Positions 38,700 to 47,888 of a stretch of 64,000 nt of DNA are shown here, piece by piece. The notes beneath the pieces were generated by a model that was given only the letters and a program-made list of their open reading frames with translations, was not told where the DNA came from and ran no database searches. Both the position numbers and the translations under genes were made by a program. The stretch is from an uncultured Actinomycetes bacterium (lineage in GTDB: Bacteria > Actinomycetota > Thermoleophilia > Solirubrobacterales > 70-9). Where the stretch lies: the NCBI GenBank assembly GCA_963781345.1, contig CAWAFQ010000015.1:1064-65063 (forward strand), written 5' to 3'. Numbering within the stretch: the stretch's first letter is position 1; the number at the start of each line of letters is the position of its first letter.

Positions 38700-40665
38700 C
38701 GAGATCCTTTCTCAGTTCTTCGGGTTCGGTGATCGGCGTCCGGCAGCTGAAGTTCTCGCACAGATAGGCCGCCGCTCGCCCGCCGACCTCCGTCCGGCCC
38801 CTCATCAGCTCGGGGACCTCGGTGCCCTCGGGCCCGCCGGCGAGGACGAGGTGGGGCCGGAAGGCGGAGCGCGCCACCCGCTCCAGCGCGGATGTGTCGG
38901 AGCCGACCAGGGCGAGCTCGCGGGTCGGCGAGAGGTGGAAGTCGAGCGCCGCCAGCAGGTGGCCGAAGCCGTCGGGGTGGCGTCGCGCCGCGGGCGCAAA
39001 CAGCCGAAGCACGCCGACGGCCGCGCGCTCGTATTCACGCTTCCCGGTCAGCGCCGCCAGGCGCAGCAGCCCGCCTGCAGCGGAGGAGTTGCCGGAGGGA
39101 ATCGGATGGTCGTCGGCGTCCTTGCGGCGGGCGATCAGCTGCTCGTGGTCATCGGCGGTGGTGAAGAAGCCGCCGCGGTCGGGGTCGGAGAAGCGCTCCA
39201 GAAGTGTGTCGGCGAGCCCGCGGGCCCCCTCGAACCATCGCTGCTCCAGGGTCGACTCGTAGAGGACGAGGAGGGCCTCGAGCAGGAAGGCGTGGTCCTC
39301 GAGGTATGCGGCCAGGCGAGCCTCGCCGTCCCTGTAGGTGCGAAGCAGCCGGCCGTCGGCGTCGCGCAGCTCGGTCAGCACGAAGTCAGCGCAGGTGCGG
39401 GCGGCGTCGAGGTAGTCGCTGCGCCCCAGAACCGCCCCGGCCTCGGCCAGGGCACTGATCATCAGCGCATTCCAGGCGGCCAGCCGCTTGTCGTCGAGCT
39501 CCGGCCAGACGCGCTCGGCGCGGGCCTCGTAGAGCTCACGGCGAGAATCCTCGAAGCCCTCCGGCGGTGCCGAGTCCGCGCCGTTGGGGAGGTGGAGGAC
39601 GTTGCGGCCCTCGAAGTTGCCGGCGACGGTGACCCCCAGATGGGCGCCGGCGGCCGCGGCGCGCTCTCCGAGGACCTCCGCAAGCTGGTCGGGCGTCCAT
39701 ACGTAGAACCGCCCCTCCTCGCCCTCGGAATCGGCGTCGAGAGCGGAGAAGAAGCCGCCCTCGGGGCCGCGCATCTCACGCAGCGCCCAGTCAAGGGTCT
39801 CCTCGCAGACCCGACGGTAGCGCCCGTGCCCGAGGACCTGCCAGCCGTGCAGGTAGGCGCGGGCCAGCAGGGCGTTGTCGTAGAGCATCTTCTCGAAGTG
39901 GGGGACCAGCCAGACGGCGTCCACCGAGTAGCGGGAGAATCCGCCGCCGATTTGGTCGTAGATGCCCCCGGCCGCCATCGAGTCCAGCGTCTTCTCGACG
40001 ACATCGAGGTCGCCGCGCGAGAGCAGGAACTCGAGGACCGAGGCCGGCGGGAACTTGGGAGCAGCTCCGAAGCCACCGTTGGCCATGTCGGCGGCGCCGC
40101 GCAGCGCCGCGACGGCCTCTTCGAGGAGGGCCGCCTCGAGTGGCTCGGCGGAGGGCTCGATCCGGCCGAGGGCGCCGAGCTGGGCGCGGGTCCTCGGCGC
40201 CGACCCGCGGATCTCGTCGCGGCGCTCGGCGAATGCGTCGGTCACCGCCTCCATCACCTGGCGGAAGCTCGGCATCCCGTGGCCGGGAACGGGCGGGAAG
40301 TAGGTGCCACCGTAGAAGGGGATGCAATCGGGATCGAGGAAGACGGTCATCGGCCAGCCGCCTCGTCCTGTCATACCCTGCACGGCCTCCATGTAGAGGG
40401 CGTCGACGTCGGGGCGCTCCTCGCGGTCGACCTTGACGTTGACGAAGTGCTGGTTCATGTAGGCGGCCGTCTCGGTGTCCTCGAAGGACTCCCGCTCCAT
40501 CACGTGGCACCAGTGGCAGGCCGAGTAACCGACCGAGAGCAGGATCGGGAGGTCCTCCTCGCGCGCCCGCGCCAGAGCCTCGTCCCCCCATGGGTACCAG
40601 TCGACGGGATTGTCGCGGTGCTGGCGCAGGTAGGGACTGGTCTCGTCGGCGAGTCGGTTGCTCAC
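38686..40665 (-). CDS. Thioredoxin-domain protein of the DUF255/YyaL family
   Basis: Contains [25 protein letters not shown] and [13 protein letters not shown]. The GTG start at 40665 was chosen by homology; the track ORF extends to 40842. It overlaps the downstream SnoaL-like gene by 14 nt. Confidence 0.8.
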   Translation of the reverse strand: MSNRLADETSPYLRQHRDNPVDWYPWGDEALARAREEDLPILLSVGYSACHWCHVMERESFEDTETAAYMNQHFVNVKVDREERPDVDALYMEAVQGMTGRGGWPMTVFLDPDCIPFYGGTYFPPVPGHGMPSFRQVMEAVTDAFAERRDEIRGSAPRTRAQLGALGRIEPSAEPLEAALLEEAVAALRGAADMANGGFGAAPKFPPASVLEFLLSRGDLDVVEKTLDSMAAGGIYDQIGGGFSRYSVDAVWLVPHFEKMLYDNALLARAYLHGWQVLGHGRYRRVCEETLDWALREMRGPEGGFFSALDADSEGEEGRFYVWTPDQLAEVLGERAAAAGAHLGVTVAGNFEGRNVLHLPNGADSAPPEGFEDSRRELYEARAERVWPELDDKRLAAWNALMISALAEAGAVLGRSDYLDAARTCADFVLTELRDADGRLLRTYRDGEARLAAYLEDHAFLLEALLVLYESTLEQRWFEGARGLADTLLERFSDPDRGGFFTTADDHEQLIARRKDADDHPIPSGNSSAAGGLLRLAALTGKREYERAAVGVLRLFAPAARRHPDGFGHLLAALDFHLSPTRELALVGSDTSALERVARSAFRPHLVLAGGPEGTEVPELMRGRTEVGGRAAAYLCENFSCRTPITEPEELRKDLDAHD

Positions 40666-40937
40666 TCGGTGCAGACTGATGAGTGATTCCACGACCACGC
40701 GTGCGCGGGGGCGCGTGGGGCCGAGCCGGGCGTGGCCGGCAGACGAAGTGCGTGCCAGGAGGCACGCGCGAGTCGGACGGGCGCGATCCGGCGAAGGTAT
40801 CCACGCGTCATCCGCGTGCGTGCTGGGCGTGGAATTGCTCATCTAGATGGCGCGGCGCGACCGTTGGGCGGCGCAAGCGGAGCACCGATACGTGATCGGG
40901 AGGGCGAACGCGTGCGCGAGTCAATACCGTCATATGG

Positions 40938-41969
40938 GTGAATACGGCGCCAGAGAATCCCGAACCGTCGGCGGGAGGTCCCCTCCCGGGCGCTGAGCCG
41001 CACGAGAGCGACGTGAAGCCCCCCCAGGGAGTCACCGAGTTGGGCGAGGCGGAGGATCGCGACCGCGCGAGCGAGAGCAGGTTCCGAGACGCATTCGAGA
41101 ACGCACCGATCGGTCTGGCCATCCTCGATCTCGAGAACCGGGGACCGAGGATCGTGGACGCGAACCGGGCGATGGGGGCGATCTGTGGAATCGAGCCCGC
41201 ATCGTTGTCGGGCCTCGCGCTCGAGCCGCTGATCGCCGAGCCCGTGGGCGAGCCTGATCTGGACCAGCGCCGCCGGCTTCTCGCCGGCGAGGAGGACACG
41301 TACGAGTTCGAGAGCACGCTCGTGCACAGTGGTGGGCACCGGATCCTCTGCCAGATCAGCGCCACGATCGGTCCCGATGCCTCCGGCGGGGAGCCGCGCG
41401 GGGTTCTGCAGATCCAGGACATCAGCGAGCGCCGCCGGCTCGAGGAGAGGCTGCGCTACCAGGCTGACCACGACTCGCTGACTGGCCTCGCCAACCGCCG
41501 GCGCTTCGGCGCCGAGCTCGAGAGCGCGGTTGCGCGCACCATCCGCTACGGGGGCACCGGAGCAGTGCTGATCATCGACATCGACGGCCTCAAGGCGATC
41601 AATGATTCGCAGGGGCACGTGGTGGGCGACGACCTACTGCGGCATGTTGCCCGGGTCCTCGGGGTCCGGACCAGGGAGACGGACATCGTCGCCCGCCTCT
41701 CGGGTGACGAGTTCGCGGTTCTTATGCCGGAGGCCGACGCCGACGCCGACGGTGCCCGCCACCTCGCCGAGGACCTCCGACTCGGAATCGGTGAGGTGGA
41801 AGCCGTCGCCAGCGAGGCGGCGGTGACCGCCAGCATCGGCGTCGCGCTCTTCGGCGTCGGGCATGCCGAGAGCGCCGAGGCGGTCCTCCATGCGGCGGAC
41901 CGGGCGATGTACGCGGCGAAGGCAGAGGGCCGAAACCGGATCGCGATCCACGGCGACGGGGTCGGTTGA
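40938..41969 (+). CDS. PAS domain-containing diguanylate cyclase (GGDEF family, SGDEF variant)
   Basis: The PAS-like N-terminus has FRDAFENAPIGLAILD. Also contains DSLTGLANRR, IDIDGLKAINDSQGH and RLSGDEFAVL. Confidence 0.85.
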   Translation: MNTAPENPEPSAGGPLPGAEPHESDVKPPQGVTELGEAEDRDRASESRFRDAFENAPIGLAILDLENRGPRIVDANRAMGAICGIEPASLSGLALEPLIAEPVGEPDLDQRRRLLAGEEDTYEFESTLVHSGGHRILCQISATIGPDASGGEPRGVLQIQDISERRRLEERLRYQADHDSLTGLANRRRFGAELESAVARTIRYGGTGAVLIIDIDGLKAINDSQGHVVGDDLLRHVARVLGVRTRETDIVARLSGDEFAVLMPEADADADGARHLAEDLRLGIGEVEAVASEAAVTASIGVALFGVGHAESAEAVLHAADRAMYAAKAEGRNRIAIHGDGVG

Positions 41970-42014
41970 AGGACGCCGCTGGTCGTTGCGCCCGAAGCTC
42001 GCTGGCCTCGCCGA

Positions 42015-43406
42015 TCAGCCCCCGGTCACGTCCCGGGCGAAGGCGTCGAAGGCTGTGAGATAGCGCTCGATGTCCTCGCCGGTGTGGGCGATGGACAGGG
42101 TCCACTCCTCCTCGACTCCCGGTGTCATGAAGATGCCGTGGTTCATGTGGTAGAGCCAGGCCAGCGTCGAGAGCTCGTCGTTGACCTTGGTCAGGTAGTC
42201 GCGGTACTCATACATCGGCTCCGGGGAGAAGATGACGCAGCCCTTGGCGCCCAGGCCCTGGGTGTAGGCGGGCAGGCCGTACTCATCGATCAGCCCCTGG
42301 CAGCCATCGAGGAGCGTTCTGTTCGTCGTCTCGAGCTGCTCGTAGGCATCCGCGTTGAGCACCTCGGTCAGCGTCGCCTTGGCCGCGGCCATCACCAGCG
42401 GGTTGCCGTTGAAGGTGCCGATCTGGTGCACGCGGTCGGAGGCGACGACCTCACCCAGCTCTGCTGTCATCCCGATCGCTCCGCCCGGGTAACCGCCGCA
42501 GATCGCCTTCGCCAGCGCGACCATGTCCGGCTGCACGCCGAAGCGCTCGGTAGCGCCTCCGTAGGCGATCGTCGCGCCCGTCTTCACCTCGTCGAAGATC
42601 AGCTTCACCCCGTGCTCGGTGCAGAGCTCGCGGACCCGCTCGAGGTAGCCCTCGCGCGGCGGGATGATGTTGATGTTCATCATCGCCGGCTCCATGATCA
42701 GCCCGGCGACCTGACCTTCGTACTTCTTCAGCACGCTCTCGAGAATGTCGGCGTCGTTGAAGGGCACAGGGCGGGTCAGCTCGGTCAGCGCCTTCGGATA
42801 GCCCTCCCCGAAGGGGACCGGGTTCGGGCTCTCGCGCGGGCCCATCTCCTCGAGGTCGGGGTAGCAGGAGACCATCACCGCGTCGTGGTGGCCGTCGTAG
42901 GAGCCCTCGATCTTGACGATCAGGTCGCGGCCGGTGGCGCCGCGGGCGAGGTGGACCGCGGACATCGTCGACTCGGTGCCGGAGTTGCTGAACCGCCACT
43001 GGGGAAGGCCGAAGCGCTTGACCAGCTCTTCGGCGACCGCGACCGATCCGTCCGTGGGGGCCGCGAAATGGGTGCCCTCGTCGACGCGGGCCTTGACGGC
43101 GGCGCCGATGGTGGGGTTGGCATGGCCGACGCACATCACCCCGAAGCCATTGTGGAAGTCGACGTACTCGGCGCCGTCGACGTCCCAGACCCGCGAGCCG
43201 GACCCATGCGAGATGTAGACGGGCCAGGGGTCCATTGCCTGGAAGGAGGAGGGGACGCCGTTGGGCATCACCTTGACCGCACGCTGGAAGTACTCGCTGG
43301 AGGTGCCGGTGCGCTCGCGGTAGGTGCTCATCTGCTGCTCGGTCAGCGACGCGACCCGCTCGGGGTCGATCGCCGCGGTGCTTCTCGTGCTGGGCTCTGC
43401 GCTCAT
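42015..43406 (-). CDS. Class III (PLP-dependent) aminotransferase, glutamate-1-semialdehyde aminomutase-like
   Basis: Contains SNSGTESTM, LIFDEVKTG (the PLP lysine) and TFNGNP. Confidence 0.85.
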   Translation of the reverse strand: MSAEPSTRSTAAIDPERVASLTEQQMSTYRERTGTSSEYFQRAVKVMPNGVPSSFQAMDPWPVYISHGSGSRVWDVDGAEYVDFHNGFGVMCVGHANPTIGAAVKARVDEGTHFAAPTDGSVAVAEELVKRFGLPQWRFSNSGTESTMSAVHLARGATGRDLIVKIEGSYDGHHDAVMVSCYPDLEEMGPRESPNPVPFGEGYPKALTELTRPVPFNDADILESVLKKYEGQVAGLIMEPAMMNINIIPPREGYLERVRELCTEHGVKLIFDEVKTGATIAYGGATERFGVQPDMVALAKAICGGYPGGAIGMTAELGEVVASDRVHQIGTFNGNPLVMAAAKATLTEVLNADAYEQLETTNRTLLDGCQGLIDEYGLPAYTQGLGAKGCVIFSPEPMYEYRDYLTKVNDELSTLAWLYHMNHGIFMTPGVEEEWTLSIAHTGEDIERYLTAFDAFARDVTGG

Positions 43407-43490
43407 GCGTCTCCTCGGTCGTCAGCTCGGTTTCGGGTCGTCTAATCGGTTTCGGGGAGCCTAACGCTGCTCGTCCCCCTGCGCCGCAGC

Positions 43491-43540
43491 GACGTGGGAC
43501 CTTTCGACGGTCGCATACGGCGCTTCAAAGGTCCCACGTC
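43491..43540. terminator. 14-bp perfect inverted repeat GACGTGGGACCTTT-N22-AAAGGTCCCACGTC overlapping the stop of the acyl-CoA synthetase gene
   Basis: Arms at 43491-43504 and 43527-43540. The gene's stop codon (43539-41) lies inside the right arm. Confidence 0.45.
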
Positions 43541-44987
43541 AGGTCAGCCGCTTGGCTCGCAGCTCGGCGCGCTTGATCTTGCCGCTGGCCGTTTTCGGCA
43601 GCTCGTCGGTGAACTCGACGATCCGGGGGAACTTGTACGGGGCGGTCTCCCGCTTGCAGTGCTCCTGGAGCTCCTGGGCGAGGGTCTCGGAGGGCTCGCC
43701 GTCACGGAGGACGACGATCGCGCGCACGACCGCGCCGCGCACGGCGTCGGGCGCCGCGACAGCGGCGGCCTCGGCGACCGCCGGATGGGCCAGCAGCGCC
43801 GACTCGACCTCGAACGGCCCGATCCTGTAGCCGGAGGAGAGGATGATGTCGTCGTCGCGGCCCTCGAAGAAGAGGTATCCGTCGGCGTCCTCTGAGACCA
43901 GGTCTCCCGTGCTCCACCACTCGCCATCGAATCGCCCGCCGTCGAGGTAGTGGGAGAAGAAGGTCGGGCAGGAGGCGACGCTCAGCTGCAGCTCGCCCTC
44001 GGTGATCCGCGTCTCGATGCCGGGGAGCGGCCGGCCCATCGAGCCCTGGCGCACCGGCTCCGTGGTCAGATTTCCGGTGAGCTGGCCGGTCTCGGTCTGC
44101 CCGTAGCCGTCGGCGACCTCGATCCCGATGGCCTCGCGGAAGGCATCGATCACCTCGGGGTTCAGGGGCTCCCCGGCGGAGACCATTCTCCGCAGCGCCG
44201 GCATGGCCCGCAGGTCCGCGCGCGCGGCCAGCATCCGGTACTCGGTCGGTGCCTGGCAGAGGACGTTGACCCCCAGCTCCTCGATCAGGTCGAGCCGCTG
44301 GGCGGGGTCGAAGCGAGAGTCGTGGATCACCGCGGTCGCGCCGGTCAGCCACGGTGCGAGGAATACGTTGCGGGCCGATTTCGACCATCCGGTCGCCGAT
44401 GTGCACCAGGCGACCTCGCCGTCGCGTGACCCGAACCAATGCTCCGCCTGCGTTCTGTTGCCGTAGAGGTAGCGATAGGCGTGAACGACACCGCGCGGCT
44501 CGCCGGTGGTCCCCGATGTGAAGACGATCAGCGCCGGGTCCTCGGGGGCCATCTCGGCGACCGACGCCGGGGTCTCCTGGGGGCGGTCCTCATCGAGCAC
44601 GGCGGCGATCTCGGCGAGAGCCATCGAGGGGATGCCGTCCGGTAGCTCGGGGAGCAGGCGCTCTTCGATGATGGCCAGAACGGGCGCAGCCGCCTCGATC
44701 CGGAGTTCAAGGTCGTGGCGGCGAAGCTGGGTGTTGCAGGGAAGCGCCACCGCGCCGATCCGCCAGCAGGCGAGCATTGAGAGCACCCACTCGATCCGGT
44801 TTCCGACGAGCATCATCACCGTGTCGCCGCGGCCGACCCCTCGCGAGGCGAGTGCACCGGAGAGCCCGGCACTGCGCGCGATCAGCTCGCCGAAATGCCA
44901 GTCGCGCCGCCGGCCCTCACCGTCGATCTCGATCACCCCGAGCTTCGACGCCGGGAAGCGCTCGAGCACGTCCTCGGTCAGGTTCAA
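43539..44987 (-). CDS. AMP-dependent synthetase/ligase (acyl-CoA synthetase family)
   Basis: AMP-binding motif IVFTSGTTGEPRGV, plus YGQTE and SGKIKR. TTG start. Confidence 0.88.
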   Translation of the reverse strand: MNLTEDVLERFPASKLGVIEIDGEGRRRDWHFGELIARSAGLSGALASRGVGRGDTVMMLVGNRIEWVLSMLACWRIGAVALPCNTQLRRHDLELRIEAAAPVLAIIEERLLPELPDGIPSMALAEIAAVLDEDRPQETPASVAEMAPEDPALIVFTSGTTGEPRGVVHAYRYLYGNRTQAEHWFGSRDGEVAWCTSATGWSKSARNVFLAPWLTGATAVIHDSRFDPAQRLDLIEELGVNVLCQAPTEYRMLAARADLRAMPALRRMVSAGEPLNPEVIDAFREAIGIEVADGYGQTETGQLTGNLTTEPVRQGSMGRPLPGIETRITEGELQLSVASCPTFFSHYLDGGRFDGEWWSTGDLVSEDADGYLFFEGRDDDIILSSGYRIGPFEVESALLAHPAVAEAAAVAAPDAVRGAVVRAIVVLRDGEPSETLAQELQEHCKRETAPYKFPRIVEFTDELPKTASGKIKRAELRAKRLT

Positions 44988-44994
44988 GTTCCGC

Positions 44995-45234
44995 CTACTG
45001 CTCGTAGAGCCTGATTATGCGAACCGCACCGTCGGGCGCCGCATCGACGCAGAGGTTGCAGAGGACGCACTCGTCAAGGTTCTCGTTGACGATCTCGACG
45101 CCGCCCTCGCCTGCCCTGAAGATGTCGACGGGGCAGACCTCCTCGAGCTTCGCGGCCAGCGCCGCGTCGGCCGAGGCCGCGGAATCCACCTCGACCGCGA
45201 TGAAGACGCCGTGGAGGCGCTCTCCGGTGCTCAT
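44995..45234 (-). CDS. Small ferredoxin-like protein with four Cys (CP...CxxCxxC)
   Basis: 79 aa (MSTGERLHGVF...). Contains CPVDIF and DECVLCNLCV. Its ATG overlaps the sucD-like stop (ATGA). The rest of track ORF 44995..46440 is a shadow frame. Confidence 0.6.
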   Translation of the reverse strand: MSTGERLHGVFIAVEVDSAASADAALAAKLEEVCPVDIFRAGEGGVEIVNENLDECVLCNLCVDAAPDGAVRIIRLYEQ

Positions 45235-46148
45235 GCGGAGCCCTCCAGCCTCCGCTTGACGGCCGCGGGGATCTCGTCGATCCGCTCGACAACCCGGATC
45301 CCAGCCGCCTCGAGGCGGGCGATCTTCTCGGTCGCCGTGTCCTCCTTGCCCTCGACGATCGTCCCGGCGTGGCCGAAGCTCATCCCCTTCATCTCCTCGT
45401 CGTCCATGAACTTGCCGGCCATGAAGGCGACGATCGGAAGGCGCGAGTCGTTCTCGGCCACCCACTCCGAGAGCTGCGCCTCCATGCGACCGCCGGGCTC
45501 GGTGTAGATGACGATCGCCCTGGTCTGCTCGTCTGCCTCGAAGTAGGGCATCAGCTCGGCATAGGTCGAACCGATGATCGCGTCGCCGCCGATCGAGATC
45601 GCCGTCGAGACGCCGAGCCCGGCCTGCGTCAGAGAAGAGGAGATCTCCGTCGTCATCCCGCCCGAGCGCGACATCACGCCGACCGGTCCCGGCGCGTAGG
45701 CCTTGGCGGCGTCCTTGGCCGGTCCGCCGATTCCGCCCATCTTGCAGATCTCGGGGACGATCAGGCCGAGGCAGTTGGGGCCGATGATCCGCGCCCCGCG
45801 CATTTCGGCGAGCTCGACCATCTGGGCGACGTCGCGGCGCGGAATGCGCTCGGTGACGATCACGATCAGCTTGATCTCGTTCTCGATCGCCTCGAGGACG
45901 GCGTCCTTGGTGAAGGCGGGGGGGACGGTGACGACCGAGCCGTCGACGGGGGCGCCGTGGTTCTCCACCGCCTGGGCGACCGTGTCGAAGACCGGTACGC
46001 CGTGGACCTCGCGCCCCTTGCGGCCGGGGGTCACCCCGCCGACCACCTTGGAGCCGTAGTCGAGGCACTCGCGGGTCAGGTTGACCGCCTCGCGCCCGGT
46101 GATGCCCTGGACGATGAAGGTCATGTCCTTGCCGAGGAGGATCGACAT
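45231..46148 (-). CDS. sucD: Succinate--CoA ligase alpha subunit-like protein (CoA-binding, phosphohistidine loop)
   Basis: MSILLGKDMTFIVQGITGREA and GGVTPGRKG are present. The SFGHAGTIV loop aligns with RMGHAGAII of SucD. Confidence 0.8.
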   Translation of the reverse strand: MSILLGKDMTFIVQGITGREAVNLTRECLDYGSKVVGGVTPGRKGREVHGVPVFDTVAQAVENHGAPVDGSVVTVPPAFTKDAVLEAIENEIKLIVIVTERIPRRDVAQMVELAEMRGARIIGPNCLGLIVPEICKMGGIGGPAKDAAKAYAPGPVGVMSRSGGMTTEISSSLTQAGLGVSTAISIGGDAIIGSTYAELMPYFEADEQTRAIVIYTEPGGRMEAQLSEWVAENDSRLPIVAFMAGKFMDDEEMKGMSFGHAGTIVEGKEDTATEKIARLEAAGIRVVERIDEIPAAVKRRLEGSA

Positions 46149-47363
46149 CTAGCCGTCCCCCTGGATCTTGGCGACCGCTCTTCCCGCCGCCTCCCACATC
46201 GACACGGACCGGTCGCAGTACTCGACCCCGTAGCGCTCGAGGATCTTGAAGCCCTCGTCCTCCCAGGCGCCGGGGATGCGGAAGATCGCGATCGTCTCGC
46301 CCGGGTCCTTGCCGAGCTCGAGGCAGGCCTTGATCACGCCGCGGGCGACGATGTCGACCCGGGTGTTGGAGACGATCGACATCATCACCGCGATCTTCTC
46401 GACACCGTCCTTGCTCAGCACCTCCTTGGCGAGGCCACATGACTTGGCGACCGAGGGGTTGCCGCCGATCTCGGAGTAGTTCGCCGGCCGGCCGCCCTGG
46501 CTCCTGACCGCATCGGTGAGGGTCAGGGAGCCCCCGCCGGCACCGATCACCAGGCCGAGGTTCCCAGCGAAGCCGTGGTCCTTGCCCTGGATCACCCCGC
46601 GGTGGTCGGCGGCGTCGATCGCGGCGACGTTTCGCTCGAAATCGCTGGGCTCATAGGGCTCGCGGGTGTCGTCGGGCTCGATGCCGAGCGCCCCCTCCAG
46701 CACGGCCTTCTGCCGGGGCTTGGCCTCGTTCTCCATCTCCATGTGGGCATCGAGGGCGACGAAGCTGCCGTCGGAGAGCTCGGCGAGGGGGTTGATCTCG
46801 GCCAGGGTCATGTCGTTGTCGCGGAAGAGGCGGGCGAGGCGGGCGAGGACAGGCGTCGCCCGGTTCAGCTGCGAGCCCGTGACCCCGGTTGCGGCGATCG
46901 TCTGCTTCGCCTCGAAGTCGGAGATCGGCATCAGATTGGACAGGTGCCCGCGGCCGACGTGGTCGGGGTGCTCCTCGGCGACCTGCTCGATATCGATCCC
47001 GCCCATGTCGCTGAACAGCATCAGCGGCCTCTTTGCGGTGCCGTCCCAGACAACCCCGGCGTAGTACTCCTGTTTGACCTCTGCCTTCGGGTCGACGAGG
47101 ACGCCGCGCGGCATCTGTCCGTTGATCTCGAGCTCGAGGATTTCCTCAGCGTGTGCGGCGGCCTCCTCGGGGGTGTCGGCGAACCTGACGCCGCCGGCCT
47201 TCATCCGGCCCCCCGAGAGCACCTGGGACTTGATCACCACCGGGCCGCCGATCTCCTCGGCCGCGGTGCGGGCCTGCTCCGCGGTCGTGCAGAAGCCGTA
47301 CTTGGTGACCGGGATTCCGGCACGCTCGACGATCTGGCGGGCTTCGTACTCGTAGAAGCGCAT
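46149..47363 (-). CDS. sucC: Succinate--CoA ligase beta subunit-like ATP-grasp protein (divergent)
   Basis: Contains MRFYEYEARQIVERAGIPV and VIKSQVLSGGRMKAGGV. It is 404 aa, colinear with SucC but clearly divergent in the C-terminal half. Confidence 0.65.
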   Translation of the reverse strand: MRFYEYEARQIVERAGIPVTKYGFCTTAEQARTAAEEIGGPVVIKSQVLSGGRMKAGGVRFADTPEEAAAHAEEILELEINGQMPRGVLVDPKAEVKQEYYAGVVWDGTAKRPLMLFSDMGGIDIEQVAEEHPDHVGRGHLSNLMPISDFEAKQTIAATGVTGSQLNRATPVLARLARLFRDNDMTLAEINPLAELSDGSFVALDAHMEMENEAKPRQKAVLEGALGIEPDDTREPYEPSDFERNVAAIDAADHRGVIQGKDHGFAGNLGLVIGAGGGSLTLTDAVRSQGGRPANYSEIGGNPSVAKSCGLAKEVLSKDGVEKIAVMMSIVSNTRVDIVARGVIKACLELGKDPGETIAIFRIPGAWEDEGFKILERYGVEYCDRSVSMWEAAGRAVAKIQGDG

Positions 47364-47471
47364 AGCGGGCGGGAACCCTACTTCAACAAGTGTTGCGCCT
47401 CAGTTCCGAGGCAGCCGCCTCGGCATCGGCGATACTTCCTGTCCTCGCGACCTTGATGAGGGGAGAGCGGC

Positions 47472-47774
47472 ATGGCAAAGGGGGTTCGTGTTTCAGCGGC
47501 GATCGGATTTTCGGTTGCCGCTCTGGCGATCGCCGGTTGCGGCGACACGGTCATCGACAACGGCAAGGCCGAGGACGCGATCAGGGCCGACGTCGAGAAG
47601 AGCCTCAAGGTCCCCGTCAAATCGGTCGAGTGCCCCTCCGATGTCAAGGTGGAGGCGGGGAAGACCTTCGAATGCATCGTCACCGCCGCCAACGGCAAGA
47701 AGGCGACGGCGACCCTGAAGATCCTCAACTCGGACGCCGACGTCAGCTTCGTCGACTTTCAGCCGATCAAGTAG
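47472..47774 (+). CDS. DUF4333 domain-containing lipoprotein
   Basis: Lipobox IAGCG. VECPSDVKVEAGKTFECIV is typical of DUF4333. Confidence 0.7.
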   Translation: MAKGVRVSAAIGFSVAALAIAGCGDTVIDNGKAEDAIRADVEKSLKVPVKSVECPSDVKVEAGKTFECIVTAANGKKATATLKILNSDADVSFVDFQPIK

Positions 47775-47888
47775 CGCTCGTCACTAGCTGGGGCACCGAC
47801 GCTGCGCCGGAATCGCCGGTCCGGCAGAATGGCGGCTGGGACTTGGGAGAGGTCCGGACTCGACAAAAAGGAGTAGTGAAGAGGACTC

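Noticed and set aside
38638-40686. 682-aa plus-strand ORF
   Set aside because: It is antisense to the DUF255/thioredoxin-domain gene, which carries CHWCHVME and other family motifs. Composition is shadow-frame-like. The same reasoning applies to 36000..37517, 42084..43445, 45369..46442, 46575..47456, 55239..56162, 60429..61751, 33413..34486, 31203..32141, 29887..30999, 2314..3627, 1101..2003 and 295..1101.
45235-46440. Upstream part of track ORF 44995..46440 (481 aa)
   Set aside because: It is a shadow frame within the sucD-like gene. Only the last 79 codons, starting at ATG 45234, make a sensible Cys-containing protein with a start coupled to the sucD-like stop.
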